Source of the DNA: Myxococcota bacterium
GTDB taxonomy: Bacteria > Myxococcota_A > UBA9160 > UBA6930
NCBI GenBank assembly: GCA_965223415.1
Contig: OZ245002.1
Span: forward strand, 5,769,098-5,833,097
Direction of reading: 5' to 3'
DNA: 64,000 nt
Below the pieces are notes generated by a model. The model had not been told where the DNA came from and did no database searches. It was given only the letters and a program-made list of their open reading frames with translations. Every line of letters starts with the position of its first letter. Position 1 is the first letter of the stretch. Both the position numbers and the translations under genes were made by a program. This document shows, piece after piece, positions 25,277 through 34,167 of the stretch.

Positions 25277-26361
25277 ACGAGCCCGTCTCCGCCCTCGAGG
25301 TCCGCGTGCAGAGCGTGTGCCTCGTGATCCTCGCGACCGTCGCCACGGCCGGGGCGCTCCACTGGCTGCGGCCGGTGATGATCCCCTTCGTCCTGGCGCT
25401 CTTCATCGCCCTCGGGCTCGACATGGTGCGCGACCAGCTGATCGCCCGCGCGCGGGTGCCCCGGGCGCTGGCCCTGCCGGTGACGCTGATCGGCGGGGGA
25501 CTCGCCCTTGCGGGCCTGAGCGCGCTGATCTCCGCCTCCCTGGGACAGCTCAGCCAGAACGCAGGCATCTACGCCGAGCAGCTCCAGCGGCTGATCGAGC
25601 AGACGCTGGCCATCCTGCCCGGCCCGCTGCGCGAGGCCGGCGAGGCGCTGGACCTCGACGCGCTGACGGACATCCCGGTCTCGTCAGTCACCGGCGCACT
25701 CGGCCGCACCACCAGCGCCATCGCCAACCTGCTCTCCCAGTCCCTGCTGGTGCTGATCTTCGTGCTGTTCCTCGTGATGGGGGGAACCGCGGCCCAGAGC
25801 CACGAGGGCACGTGGGGAAGGATCGTCTCCCGCGTGCAGACCTACCTGCTCAGCAAGATCGTCGTCTCCGCCGTGACCGGCTTCCTGGTCGGCCTGACCC
25901 TGCTCATCCTCGACGTGCCGCTGGCCATGGTGTTCGGCCTGCTGGCCTTCCTGTTGAACTTCATCCCGAACGTCGGCTCGGCGATCTCCACGCTGCTGCC
26001 GCTGCCCGTCGTGCTGGTGGACCCGAACGTCTCGAGCCTGGCGGCGGTGCTGGCGCTGGCGATTCCCGCCGGCATCCAGTTCGCGATGGGGAACGTCCTG
26101 GAGCCGCGGATGATGGGCGACTCCCTCGATCTCCACCCGATCAGCATCCTGATGAGCCTGATCTTCTGGGGGATGCTGTGGGGCATCGTCGGCATGCTGC
26201 TCGCGACGCCGATCACCGCGGTGCTGAAGATCTTCCTCGAGCGCTTCGAGGGGAGCCGGCCCCTGGCAGAGCTGATGGCGGGCCGCGCCGCCGGCCTCAC
26301 GACCCGGGTGGCGGAGGCGCCGGCGTCTCCGGGGACGGAGCCGCCGTCCCCTCCGGCGTGA
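25273..26361 (+). CDS. AI-2E family transporter
   Basis: Multi-TM; LNFIPNVGS, GNVLEPRMMG and LLATPIT motifs; ATG overlaps the methyltransferase stop. Confidence 0.9.
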   Translation: MNEPVSALEVRVQSVCLVILATVATAGALHWLRPVMIPFVLALFIALGLDMVRDQLIARARVPRALALPVTLIGGGLALAGLSALISASLGQLSQNAGIYAEQLQRLIEQTLAILPGPLREAGEALDLDALTDIPVSSVTGALGRTTSAIANLLSQSLLVLIFVLFLVMGGTAAQSHEGTWGRIVSRVQTYLLSKIVVSAVTGFLVGLTLLILDVPLAMVFGLLAFLLNFIPNVGSAISTLLPLPVVLVDPNVSSLAAVLALAIPAGIQFAMGNVLEPRMMGDSLDLHPISILMSLIFWGMLWGIVGMLLATPITAVLKIFLERFEGSRPLAELMAGRAAGLTTRVAEAPASPGTEPPSPPA

Positions 26362-28810
26362 CCAGCTCGGCGAGGCCCGAGAATCGACTCTGGAGGATCG
26401 AGGGCGCCGCTGGCTCGACGCCCACCTCGATCGCCGACGGCGGACCCTCGATCACCACGACCAGGGGAAGTGCGAGCACCTGATCGGCGCCGGAGAGCAC
26501 GCCGTCGAGCAGCCCGCCGGGCACCATCGCGGCGAGATTCGGACCGACCCGCGGATTGACCACCAGGTCCACCTGCTCGGCGCTGATCTCGCCCGTCGCG
26601 ACCAGGTGCAGGGCTGCGCCGCCGAGGTGCAGCTCGTCGACCAGCACCCGACCGTCCTCGATGGCGTAGTCGCCCTGCACCTCGTCGTAGTCGATCACCG
26701 CGAACTCGGCGAGATCGGCCACCTCCGTCAGCACCCGCTGCATGTCGAGGCCGCTGGCCCGGCCCTCGGTGAGGGCGAAGGACACCCGCCCGTCGGGTGC
26801 GGTGGTGAGGGGCTCGCCGGGCGCGGCGATGCCTTCGGCCTGGCTGGCCAGGGAGAAGCGGCCGCTGAACGGCGCCTCTCCGTCCGGCGACAGGCTGCCT
26901 AGCAACGGCTCCAGGTCGAGGGATTCCACGCGGAGGTCCCAGCCGATCCGCTCGCCGCCGCCGCGGGGGCCGCCGTAGGCCTCGGCGTCCACGGAGCCGT
27001 CCGCCAGGCCCAGGCCGTCGACCCGGGCCTCCCAGCTCCCGCCGCCGAGCTGGGCCCGCAAGCGGCCTCCGCGCACGGCCAGGCCGCGCAGCTGGAGAGC
27101 GCCGATCCGCAGGTCGAGGTCGAATCGCTCGGCAGGGCTGGCCGCGGGCGGCTCCGCTCCGGAAGACGCCTCGGCTTCCGGAGCGGGCGGCGGCGCCTCG
27201 CCCTCCCAGAGCGGGGCCAACGGCGTCAGGTCCAGGGCCGTGAGATCGCCCCTCACGACGGTCTTGGCCCGTCCGCCGCCGGCTTCGCGCTCCCATTCGA
27301 TGCGTGCACGGCCCGGCTGGCCTTCGACGGGGGGGCCCTCGAGGGCCAGGTGGCCGGTCAGCCGCTCCTGATCCGAGCTGGCGGTTCGCTTCACCACCGG
27401 TCGCAGGCGGAGCGGCGCGGCACCGTCGGCGCCGCCGACGGTGCCGACGGTGCCGACGGAGAGGGAGAGGTCTCCCTCGACGGAGACCTCCGACCCCGTC
27501 TGCTCGATCGTGAGGGTGCCGCCGATCGGAGCACGCCGGTCGGGCACGCCGCCGGCGCCCCTCGCCAGGCGGAGCCAGGGCAGGAGATCGAATCGCGTCG
27601 CCGCGATCGCGAGCTGGGCCGCCTTGCCGGGCCGCACCTCGCCCTCGAGACGGAGCTGCCCGAGCGGCCCGTCGGCCGCGGCGCCGAGGGTGAGCGGCGC
27701 GAAGAAGAGGGTTCCGGGCGCCGCGCTCCACTCGAGGCGACCCTGTACAAGGAGCGGCTCGGCCAGGCTCGGCTCGGCGTCGGCAGGCACCCGCAGCTCG
27801 TCGACGCTCACCTTGGGCAGGGCCACCAGCGCGTCGTAGCGGCCCTCGACCCGCAGGTCGGCCTCGACCCGCGCGGCGAGGGAGCCCAGGCCCAGGAGCT
27901 CCGCCGCGCGCGTGGCGGCGCCGAGGCGCACCTTGGCGTCGAGCTCGGGCTCCGGCAACAGGCGGCCGGTGGCCTCCAGCTCCAGCAGCCGCTCTCCCCG
28001 CTCGACGAGGGAGCCGTGCAGCGCGGCGAGATCGAGGGTTCGCGGGTCCTCGCTCAGCCGGCCGTCAGCGTCGAGGGCCAGGGCGAGCTCCCCGCGACCA
28101 TGGCTCGGTCGTCCGTCGACGTGAAGGGCGAGCTCGGCGCGGAGCGGTGAGCCGGCGGGCGCCGTGTCGGGCGCGTCCTCGCCTCCGCCGAGCTCGACCG
28201 TGAGATCGAGCGCAGCACTCAGCTCGGCCGCGGGCTGGGCCATCGGCACCTGGAGGGTGACGGAGCCGCGTTCGGGGATGCGGAGGTCGTCGACGGCGGC
28301 CTGGATCGGGCCGAGGGTGAGCGCGGCTTCGGGGCTCCCCGTTCGGAGTTCCAGGTGGGTGATGCGGGCGTGGCGGATCTCGGGCCAGGCTGCGAGGTCG
28401 AGCGGCTCCGTCTTCGGAGGGTGCCCTTCCGCGGCACTTGGCGGTGCGGGCGCGGGCTCGTCTTCCGGTGGGTCGGGAAGCGTCACCAGGGCACCGATCA
28501 GCTCGAACGTCTCGATCGTGGCCCGGCCCCGGAGGAGCGAATCCAGCGGCCGCACGTGCAGGCGGAGCTCCTCGACCGTGCCCGCCGCCTGACCGGGCAG
28601 ATCGAACGCGACCTGGCGGGCTTCGAGGGTGCCGCCGAGACCCAGACGTCCCGTGTCGGCCTGGACGCTTCCGCCCGCGAGCCGCGAGGCCACCGGCAGC
28701 CACAGGCGCTGGAAGGCGGCCTCGGTCTGGATCCAGCCGATCGCCGCCGCGAGCAACAGGACCAGCAGCGCCAGAGCGATCCACCGACGGCGGGGGCGGG
28801 GGGGAGCCAC
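26297..28810 (-). CDS. AsmA-family protein
   Basis: N-terminal TM anchor, beta-rich repeats and AsmA-like C-terminus (GDYAIEDGRVLVDEL...LVATGEI). Confidence 0.65.
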   Translation of the reverse strand: MAPPRPRRRWIALALLVLLLAAAIGWIQTEAAFQRLWLPVASRLAGGSVQADTGRLGLGGTLEARQVAFDLPGQAAGTVEELRLHVRPLDSLLRGRATIETFELIGALVTLPDPPEDEPAPAPPSAAEGHPPKTEPLDLAAWPEIRHARITHLELRTGSPEAALTLGPIQAAVDDLRIPERGSVTLQVPMAQPAAELSAALDLTVELGGGEDAPDTAPAGSPLRAELALHVDGRPSHGRGELALALDADGRLSEDPRTLDLAALHGSLVERGERLLELEATGRLLPEPELDAKVRLGAATRAAELLGLGSLAARVEADLRVEGRYDALVALPKVSVDELRVPADAEPSLAEPLLVQGRLEWSAAPGTLFFAPLTLGAAADGPLGQLRLEGEVRPGKAAQLAIAATRFDLLPWLRLARGAGGVPDRRAPIGGTLTIEQTGSEVSVEGDLSLSVGTVGTVGGADGAAPLRLRPVVKRTASSDQERLTGHLALEGPPVEGQPGRARIEWEREAGGGRAKTVVRGDLTALDLTPLAPLWEGEAPPPAPEAEASSGAEPPAASPAERFDLDLRIGALQLRGLAVRGGRLRAQLGGGSWEARVDGLGLADGSVDAEAYGGPRGGGERIGWDLRVESLDLEPLLGSLSPDGEAPFSGRFSLASQAEGIAAPGEPLTTAPDGRVSFALTEGRASGLDMQRVLTEVADLAEFAVIDYDEVQGDYAIEDGRVLVDELHLGGAALHLVATGEISAEQVDLVVNPRVGPNLAAMVPGGLLDGVLSGADQVLALPLVVVIEGPPSAIEVGVEPAAPSILQSRFSGLAELVTPEGTAAPSPETPAPPPPGS

Positions 28811-28887
28811 CGGGGAAAGGTAACGAACGGGGGGCCGCTCCTCTCGGCATCTCGGCTAGCATCCGCGCACCGCAGCCAGGAGTCCCC

Positions 28888-29676
28888 ATGATCCTCGATC
28901 GCTTCCAGCTCACCGACCAGGTCGCCATCGTCACCGGCGCCGGGCGCGGCATCGGCCGCGGCATCGCCCTCGCCTACGCGGAGGCCGGCGCCGACGTGGT
29001 CTGTGCCGCCCGTACCGCAGCCGACATCGAGGACACCGCGGAGCGCGTCCGGGCCTTCGGGCGCCGAGCGCTCGCCGTCCCCACCGACGTGCTGGAGCGC
29101 GCCCAGCTCGAGAATCTGGTTGACGTCACCCTCGGCGAGTTCGGTAGGGTCGACCTGCTCGTGAACAACGCGGGCGGCTCACCGCCGAAGCCCGCGCTGC
29201 GGACCAGCGAGAAGGAGTTCGAGGGCGCCTTTCGCTTCAACGTCACCACCGCCTTCGTGCTGACCCGGCTGGTGGTCCCGAAGATGGTAGAGACGGCGGG
29301 CGGCGGCGCCGTGGTGAACATCTCGTCGGTGGCGGGCCGGGAGTTCTCGCCGGGCTTCGTCGCTTACGGCACGGCCAAGGCCGCCCTCTCCTTCATGACC
29401 CGCGAGCTCGCCCAGGACTTCGCGCCCAAGGTCCGGGTGAACGCCATCGCCGTGGGCTCGATCCAGACCGACGCCCTGGGGACCGTCCTCACCGACGAGA
29501 TCAAGGCCGAGATGGTCCGGCTCACCCCGATGGCCCGCCTCGGCGAGGTCGAGGACATCGCCGCCTGCGCCCTCTACCTGGCCTCCCCCGCTGCGAGCTA
29601 CGTCACCGGCGAGATCTACGGCGTGAACGGCGGCCTCGTCGCCCTCAACATGCGCATGCCCCGCGCCTTCGAGTAA
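28888..29676 (+). CDS. SDR family oxidoreductase (7-alpha-HSDH-like)
   Basis: TGAGRGIG, NNAG and YGTAK motifs; AGGAG SD upstream. Confidence 0.92.
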   Translation: MILDRFQLTDQVAIVTGAGRGIGRGIALAYAEAGADVVCAARTAADIEDTAERVRAFGRRALAVPTDVLERAQLENLVDVTLGEFGRVDLLVNNAGGSPPKPALRTSEKEFEGAFRFNVTTAFVLTRLVVPKMVETAGGGAVVNISSVAGREFSPGFVAYGTAKAALSFMTRELAQDFAPKVRVNAIAVGSIQTDALGTVLTDEIKAEMVRLTPMARLGEVEDIAACALYLASPAASYVTGEIYGVNGGLVALNMRMPRAFE

Positions 29677-29697
29677 CGCAACAAACGGAACCGGCCC

Positions 29698-32600
29698 CTA
29701 ACGCAACAGGGGGAGGTGGTCGCGGGCGATTTGCCATTCGGCTTGGCGCATGGCGCGGAGGGTGGTTTCGATGGGGCGGTCGTCGGTCTTGTAGATCTCG
29801 ACGGCGACGCGGCGGCCGGCGTGGTCGAGGACGCCGTGGGTGAGGAGCTTGCGCAGGGTTCGCGTGGGGAGCACGTGGCTCGGCAGGAGCGGGCGCCACT
29901 CGCCGTGGTCGTCGATGCGCACGCGGGCGGCGCGGCCGATCACCTGGCACGCGGAGTGGGCGCAGGTGATCGTGCGGCGCTCGCGGCCGGCCAGCCGCTC
30001 GAGCTCCCGGCGGATGGCCAGCACGGCCTGGGCCGGCAGGCCGACGAAGCGGATGAACACGCCGCCGTAGACCGAATCCTTCTCGCGCACCCGCAGCGGC
30101 CGGAAGATGTCGCCGTCGAAGCGCTGGGGCCCGACGTTCAGGTAGATGTGGGCCGGATCGCGGATCCCGATCAGGAGCTCGAGGGAGCCCGGTGCGGCCA
30201 GCTCGACCAGGGGCAGCGCGCCGCTCTCGTCCAGGGCGTCGTCCGGGAGCCGGATCACGCGCACGCGCTTGCCGAAGCAGGCCTCCTCGGCGACCTGCAG
30301 CTCCCCGCTGCCGAGGAGCGGGGTGAGCGGCCCCTCCACCGGCACCGGCTCGAGCACGCCCCAGTAGCTCGCGCCCTCGAGCTCTTCGTCGAGGCGTCGG
30401 CGCAGGCTCGCCACGCGCTCGGTGCCGAGCCAGAGCTGGTCGTCGGTCACGAGGGTCTCGAGCCAGGCCAGGCGCACCATCCGGTTCAGCGCTTCGCCGC
30501 CTCCGGAGCGGACGATCCGCTCCACCGCCACCGGGCCGAGGGACGGACTCACGACGACCCGGCGGCGCTGCTCCTCCTCGCTGCGGGCGCGGGCGGGCAG
30601 ATCGAGGAAGCGCGCGTTGTCCAGGTACGTCACCGGCGTGATGCGCACGCCGCCCACCGCCGCACGCAGCGCCTCCACCAGACCCGTGCCGAAGCCGGGG
30701 CGCGCCGGCCGCGTCGCCCGGAGACCCTCGGACACGCTGCCTTCGGGATAGATCAGGATACGCCGCGAGCGCCCTTCCCCCAGCGCCAGGAGCGCCCGCT
30801 CCACCGCCGAGCCCCGCCCGGAGCCCACGGCGATCAGGCCCGGCGCCGAGGCGATCCGATCCTTCAGGAAGCGCGGCAGGATCGGTAGCTGGTCCACGGC
30901 ATTGAACACGAGATAGTCCGGCAGCCGCAGGGCCGCGAAGGTGACGTTGTCGGTGAGCCCATGGCGATGGGCCGGCGTGATCAGCTCCGCCTCACCCTCG
31001 GGCACCTCCGCCTGGAGATGCTCGCGGCCCTCGACCCGCGGCCTCAGGTCGAGCAGGTCGCCGAGGGCGCGGAACAGCCCGTCCACGTGGCCCGTGAACG
31101 GCGTGCCCGCCCGCTCGCGCCCCGCCCGCGTGAGCACGAGCCGCAGCGCGGCCCCGAGATGGCCCAGCCCGCGCAGCACCGCGCCGCTGCGCTCTCCGAT
31201 GCGCCCCAGCACGCGAGCCGCCCGCGCCACCCGATCCCCCGCCGAGAGGCGGGCCTCCGGCGGCGCCGTCGGGTCGAGGGCGCGAAGCCGCGCCGAGAAC
31301 GCGACCGCCTCGGCGTGGAAGCGCTGGAAGCAGGCGATGCGCCGGTGGTCCCGGGCCGTCCCGTAGAGGGCCTCGAGCTCGACGTAGCGGGCGCCGAGCC
31401 GCTCGATGCGCGCGTGCTCCCGGCGCAGGGCGCGGGTCCGCCGCGCGCCGAGGAACGTCCAGACCTCCTGCATCGCGCTGCCGAGCCGCGCGCGAACCTC
31501 CTGCACGTGGGCCGCGTGGAGCACCCGGAGGTGGTCGTCGAGCCGCGCCAGGAAGGCGCCCTGGGCCAGGTGGGCCGTCTCCAGGTGGTCCGCCGTCGCC
31601 TCGTCGCGGCCGCCCTTCGTGAGCGCGCGACGCACGCCGGTGTAGCCGAAGCCACCGACGACGAGCTCGCTCCAGCGCTCCTCCAGCTCCGCCTCGAGGG
31701 CCGCCAGGCGCTCCCAGGCCGGCGCGGCCACCGGATCCGGCGGACGCGTGCGCAGGCGCCGCAGGGTCGGGGACACGGCCCGGGCCACACGCGCCAGCCG
31801 CACCGGAAGGCCCCGCTCCCTTGCCGCGCGGATGCCCGCGTCGACGACGGGAAGCGCCTCGTCCGTGGCGGAGATCGCACGGGCCTCCTGGCCGAAGGCC
31901 TCCATGGCGCGGATCCACTCGGCCGTCTCGCCCTGATGGGCGCGAAGCTCCGGCTCCCGGGAAGAAGGACGCGTGTCGTCCATCCAGTCGACGAGCACGC
32001 GATAGGCGAGCCGCTCCTCCGCCGCCAGGCGACGGTAGACGTGGCGCTGGTAGGCCCAGTGGGTCCAGCGCAGCGAGAGCGACAGGGACGAGAAGCCCGT
32101 GCCGAGCTGCGCGCGCAGGGCCGCGACCAGCGTGTCCCCCGCCGCCACGACCCGCGCCACGGCCGGAGCCGTGCCCTGCTCCCCGATCGCCTCGCGCAGC
32201 CGCGCCGACGGGCCCGCGACCGGCGGCTCCGCCCGCAGCCGGGCGAGCAGGCGCGAACGCGCGGCGGGCACGGCGAGGATTCGCTCCAGGAGCACCCGCT
32301 CGTAGAGGGGCGCGTTGCTGCGCAGGGGATTCGCGCGAAACAGGAACGCATCGTCGTCGATCAAGGCGCGCAGCTCCTTCTGCAGGAGCACGTTCGGCTC
32401 CGGCGCCCCGTGCCGCGCGATCCGCCAGCGGTGACGCATGCGGCCCCGTCGGATGCGGACGACCCACTGGCCGCCGTCCGCCTCGAAGCGGTGCAGGCTG
32501 CGGGCATCGCGTGGCCGCAGGCCGAGCCGCCGATCCCGGAAGGCGTGGAGCTCCTTCAGGCTGCGGCCATAGCGCCGCCTGCCGAGCAGCGAGAGCCACT

Positions 32601-32940
32601 CGCGGCGCACGAACAGGTAGCCCGCCGTCCAGAGCTGGGTGTTGAGGGGCGCGTACTCGAGGAGCGGAATCGTCCAGGTGAGCTCGGCGAAGAAGAGCAT
32701 CGGGTAGACGACGAACGCCTTCAGGGAGCCGAAGGCCACGTCGAAGAGCCCCACGTCCCAGTGCTCCTGGATCACCTCCTTGCCCTTGCGCCAGACCGCC
32801 TGCCGGGCGAGGGCGAGGCTGCGCGTGACGCCCGCGGGCACCGGCTCGCCCGGCCCGGACGCGAGCTCGCGCGCAAGGGTGCGAGCGCGCTGCTCGAGAA
32901 CCTCGGCGTGGGCCACGACCGAGGACTCTGACACAGCCAT
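29698..32940 (-). CDS. Large multidomain protein containing a PlsC-like acyltransferase domain (start uncertain)
   Basis: PAHRHGLTD and IYPEGS blocks, ITPVTY; N-terminal hydrophobic segment; C-terminal His/Cys domain. Confidence 0.7.
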   Translation of the reverse strand: MAVSESSVVAHAEVLEQRARTLARELASGPGEPVPAGVTRSLALARQAVWRKGKEVIQEHWDVGLFDVAFGSLKAFVVYPMLFFAELTWTIPLLEYAPLNTQLWTAGYLFVRREWLSLLGRRRYGRSLKELHAFRDRRLGLRPRDARSLHRFEADGGQWVVRIRRGRMRHRWRIARHGAPEPNVLLQKELRALIDDDAFLFRANPLRSNAPLYERVLLERILAVPAARSRLLARLRAEPPVAGPSARLREAIGEQGTAPAVARVVAAGDTLVAALRAQLGTGFSSLSLSLRWTHWAYQRHVYRRLAAEERLAYRVLVDWMDDTRPSSREPELRAHQGETAEWIRAMEAFGQEARAISATDEALPVVDAGIRAARERGLPVRLARVARAVSPTLRRLRTRPPDPVAAPAWERLAALEAELEERWSELVVGGFGYTGVRRALTKGGRDEATADHLETAHLAQGAFLARLDDHLRVLHAAHVQEVRARLGSAMQEVWTFLGARRTRALRREHARIERLGARYVELEALYGTARDHRRIACFQRFHAEAVAFSARLRALDPTAPPEARLSAGDRVARAARVLGRIGERSGAVLRGLGHLGAALRLVLTRAGRERAGTPFTGHVDGLFRALGDLLDLRPRVEGREHLQAEVPEGEAELITPAHRHGLTDNVTFAALRLPDYLVFNAVDQLPILPRFLKDRIASAPGLIAVGSGRGSAVERALLALGEGRSRRILIYPEGSVSEGLRATRPARPGFGTGLVEALRAAVGGVRITPVTYLDNARFLDLPARARSEEEQRRRVVVSPSLGPVAVERIVRSGGGEALNRMVRLAWLETLVTDDQLWLGTERVASLRRRLDEELEGASYWGVLEPVPVEGPLTPLLGSGELQVAEEACFGKRVRVIRLPDDALDESGALPLVELAAPGSLELLIGIRDPAHIYLNVGPQRFDGDIFRPLRVREKDSVYGGVFIRFVGLPAQAVLAIRRELERLAGRERRTITCAHSACQVIGRAARVRIDDHGEWRPLLPSHVLPTRTLRKLLTHGVLDHAGRRVAVEIYKTDDRPIETTLRAMRQAEWQIARDHLPLLR

Positions 32941-33135
32941 GGCGGCGGCATCGACTCCGCGCCGGTCGCCCTTGAGGCGGGCAGGCGAGCGGACGCGCGG
33001 CCCTTCCCCCCGTCGGTGGGGGAAGTGGAACACGCGTTCCCCGGTCGAGGAAAGGCCCTTCCCAGGCGCGCTCATGGGGCGGAAGGGGCCTTCGCCAACC
33101 TGCTGAAATGGAAGGCCTTTCGTCGCTACGGCCGT

Positions 33136-33151
33136 TGGCCCGGATCGTGCA
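33136..33151 (+). promoter_or_regulatory. Putative sigma-54 (-24/-12) promoter
   Basis: TGGCCCGGATCGTGCA versus consensus TGGCACG-N4-TTGCW with correct GG/GC spacing, about 45 nt upstream of a PEP-CTERM gene. Confidence 0.55.
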
Positions 33152-33194
33152 AGCCCCTCGCTCGCCTTGGGAAGGGCCTTCGGGAGTCCTGCCC

Positions 33195-33998
33195 ATGCGC
33201 TTGCCGCTCGCTCTCATCGCTGCCCTCGGTCTCCTCCTGTGCAGCGCCTCGGCCCAGGCGGGCACGCTCACCTCCGCCACCTGGATCGGCGCGTTCCAGG
33301 GCATGCCGTACACCCTGACCACCGGCGGCGGCAGCCTCGTCGCCTCGGGCAGCTCGACAGGCGCGGGCGCCAGCGTCGCGATCACGGTGACGCCCCAGTC
33401 GTTCAGCACGGTGAACGTGGGGCCCCCGCAGAACACCATCACCCAGACCCTGGGCGGCAGCCAGACGATCTCCATCACCGCGAACGGTGCCGCCGCCAAC
33501 CAGGGCGTGGCGGGCGTCGTGAACGTCTTCCTCTTCGTGGGCGTCCCGCTGCTCTTCCTCTCGGTTCCGATCTCGATCGGCGTGTCCGGCTCCTCGGTCA
33601 TCAGCACCAGCAACCCGCTGGTCGGCGCCGTGAACGTCACCGCCACCTTCGGCGCCTGGACCCCCGGCAGCACCATGATCACCGGCCTCTTCGCCACCAC
33701 GACCACACCGAACGGCGCCACCCAGATGACCGTGCCGCTCCCGAACTTCACCGCCGCAGGCTCGGTCAACCTCACCGCCGGCGGCGCGGGCACGATCACC
33801 ATCGTCTCGCCGGCCATCACCGTCGTCTGCGCCGGCGGCCCCGCCGGCGCCTGCGACGGCTCCGTCCAGAGCCACCGCACCGCGGGAGCGACGAGCCTGG
33901 TGCTGAGCTTCGTCGTCCCGGAGCCCGGCACGGCGGGCTTGCTGCTCGGCGCCGCGCTCGTAGGCATCGTCGCCCTGGGCCGACGGCGGTGGCGCTAG
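33195..33998 (+). CDS. PEP-CTERM surface protein (Thr/Gly/Ala-rich)
   Basis: Signal peptide ending ASAQA; C-terminal VPEP-TM-RRRWR; GGAG SD. Confidence 0.88.
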   Translation: MRLPLALIAALGLLLCSASAQAGTLTSATWIGAFQGMPYTLTTGGGSLVASGSSTGAGASVAITVTPQSFSTVNVGPPQNTITQTLGGSQTISITANGAAANQGVAGVVNVFLFVGVPLLFLSVPISIGVSGSSVISTSNPLVGAVNVTATFGAWTPGSTMITGLFATTTTPNGATQMTVPLPNFTAAGSVNLTAGGAGTITIVSPAITVVCAGGPAGACDGSVQSHRTAGATSLVLSFVVPEPGTAGLLLGAALVGIVALGRRRWR

Positions 33999-34053
33999 GC
34001 CGCGGCGCCGATGTCCCCTCCCCTGCCGGAACCCGGCATGGGGAGCGAGGAGA

Positions 34054-34129
34054 TGGAGCGCGAGACCGGATTCGAACCGGCGACATCCACGTTGGCAACG
34101 TGGTGCTCTACCAGCTGAGCTACTCGCGC
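34054..34129 (-). tRNA. tRNA-Gly (GCC)
   Basis: 76 nt GCGCGAGTAGCTCAGCTGGTAGAGC...TTGCCAA...GTTCGAATC...CTCGCGCTCCA cloverleaf with encoded CCA. Confidence 0.97.
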
Positions 34130-34167
34130 TCGGAATGCGGGACCTTACCCAGCGGGGACGGCTCTGT

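Noticed and set aside
29698..34129. Genomic island integrated at tRNA-Gly
   Set aside because: No integrase and no duplicated tRNA 3' end seen in the window
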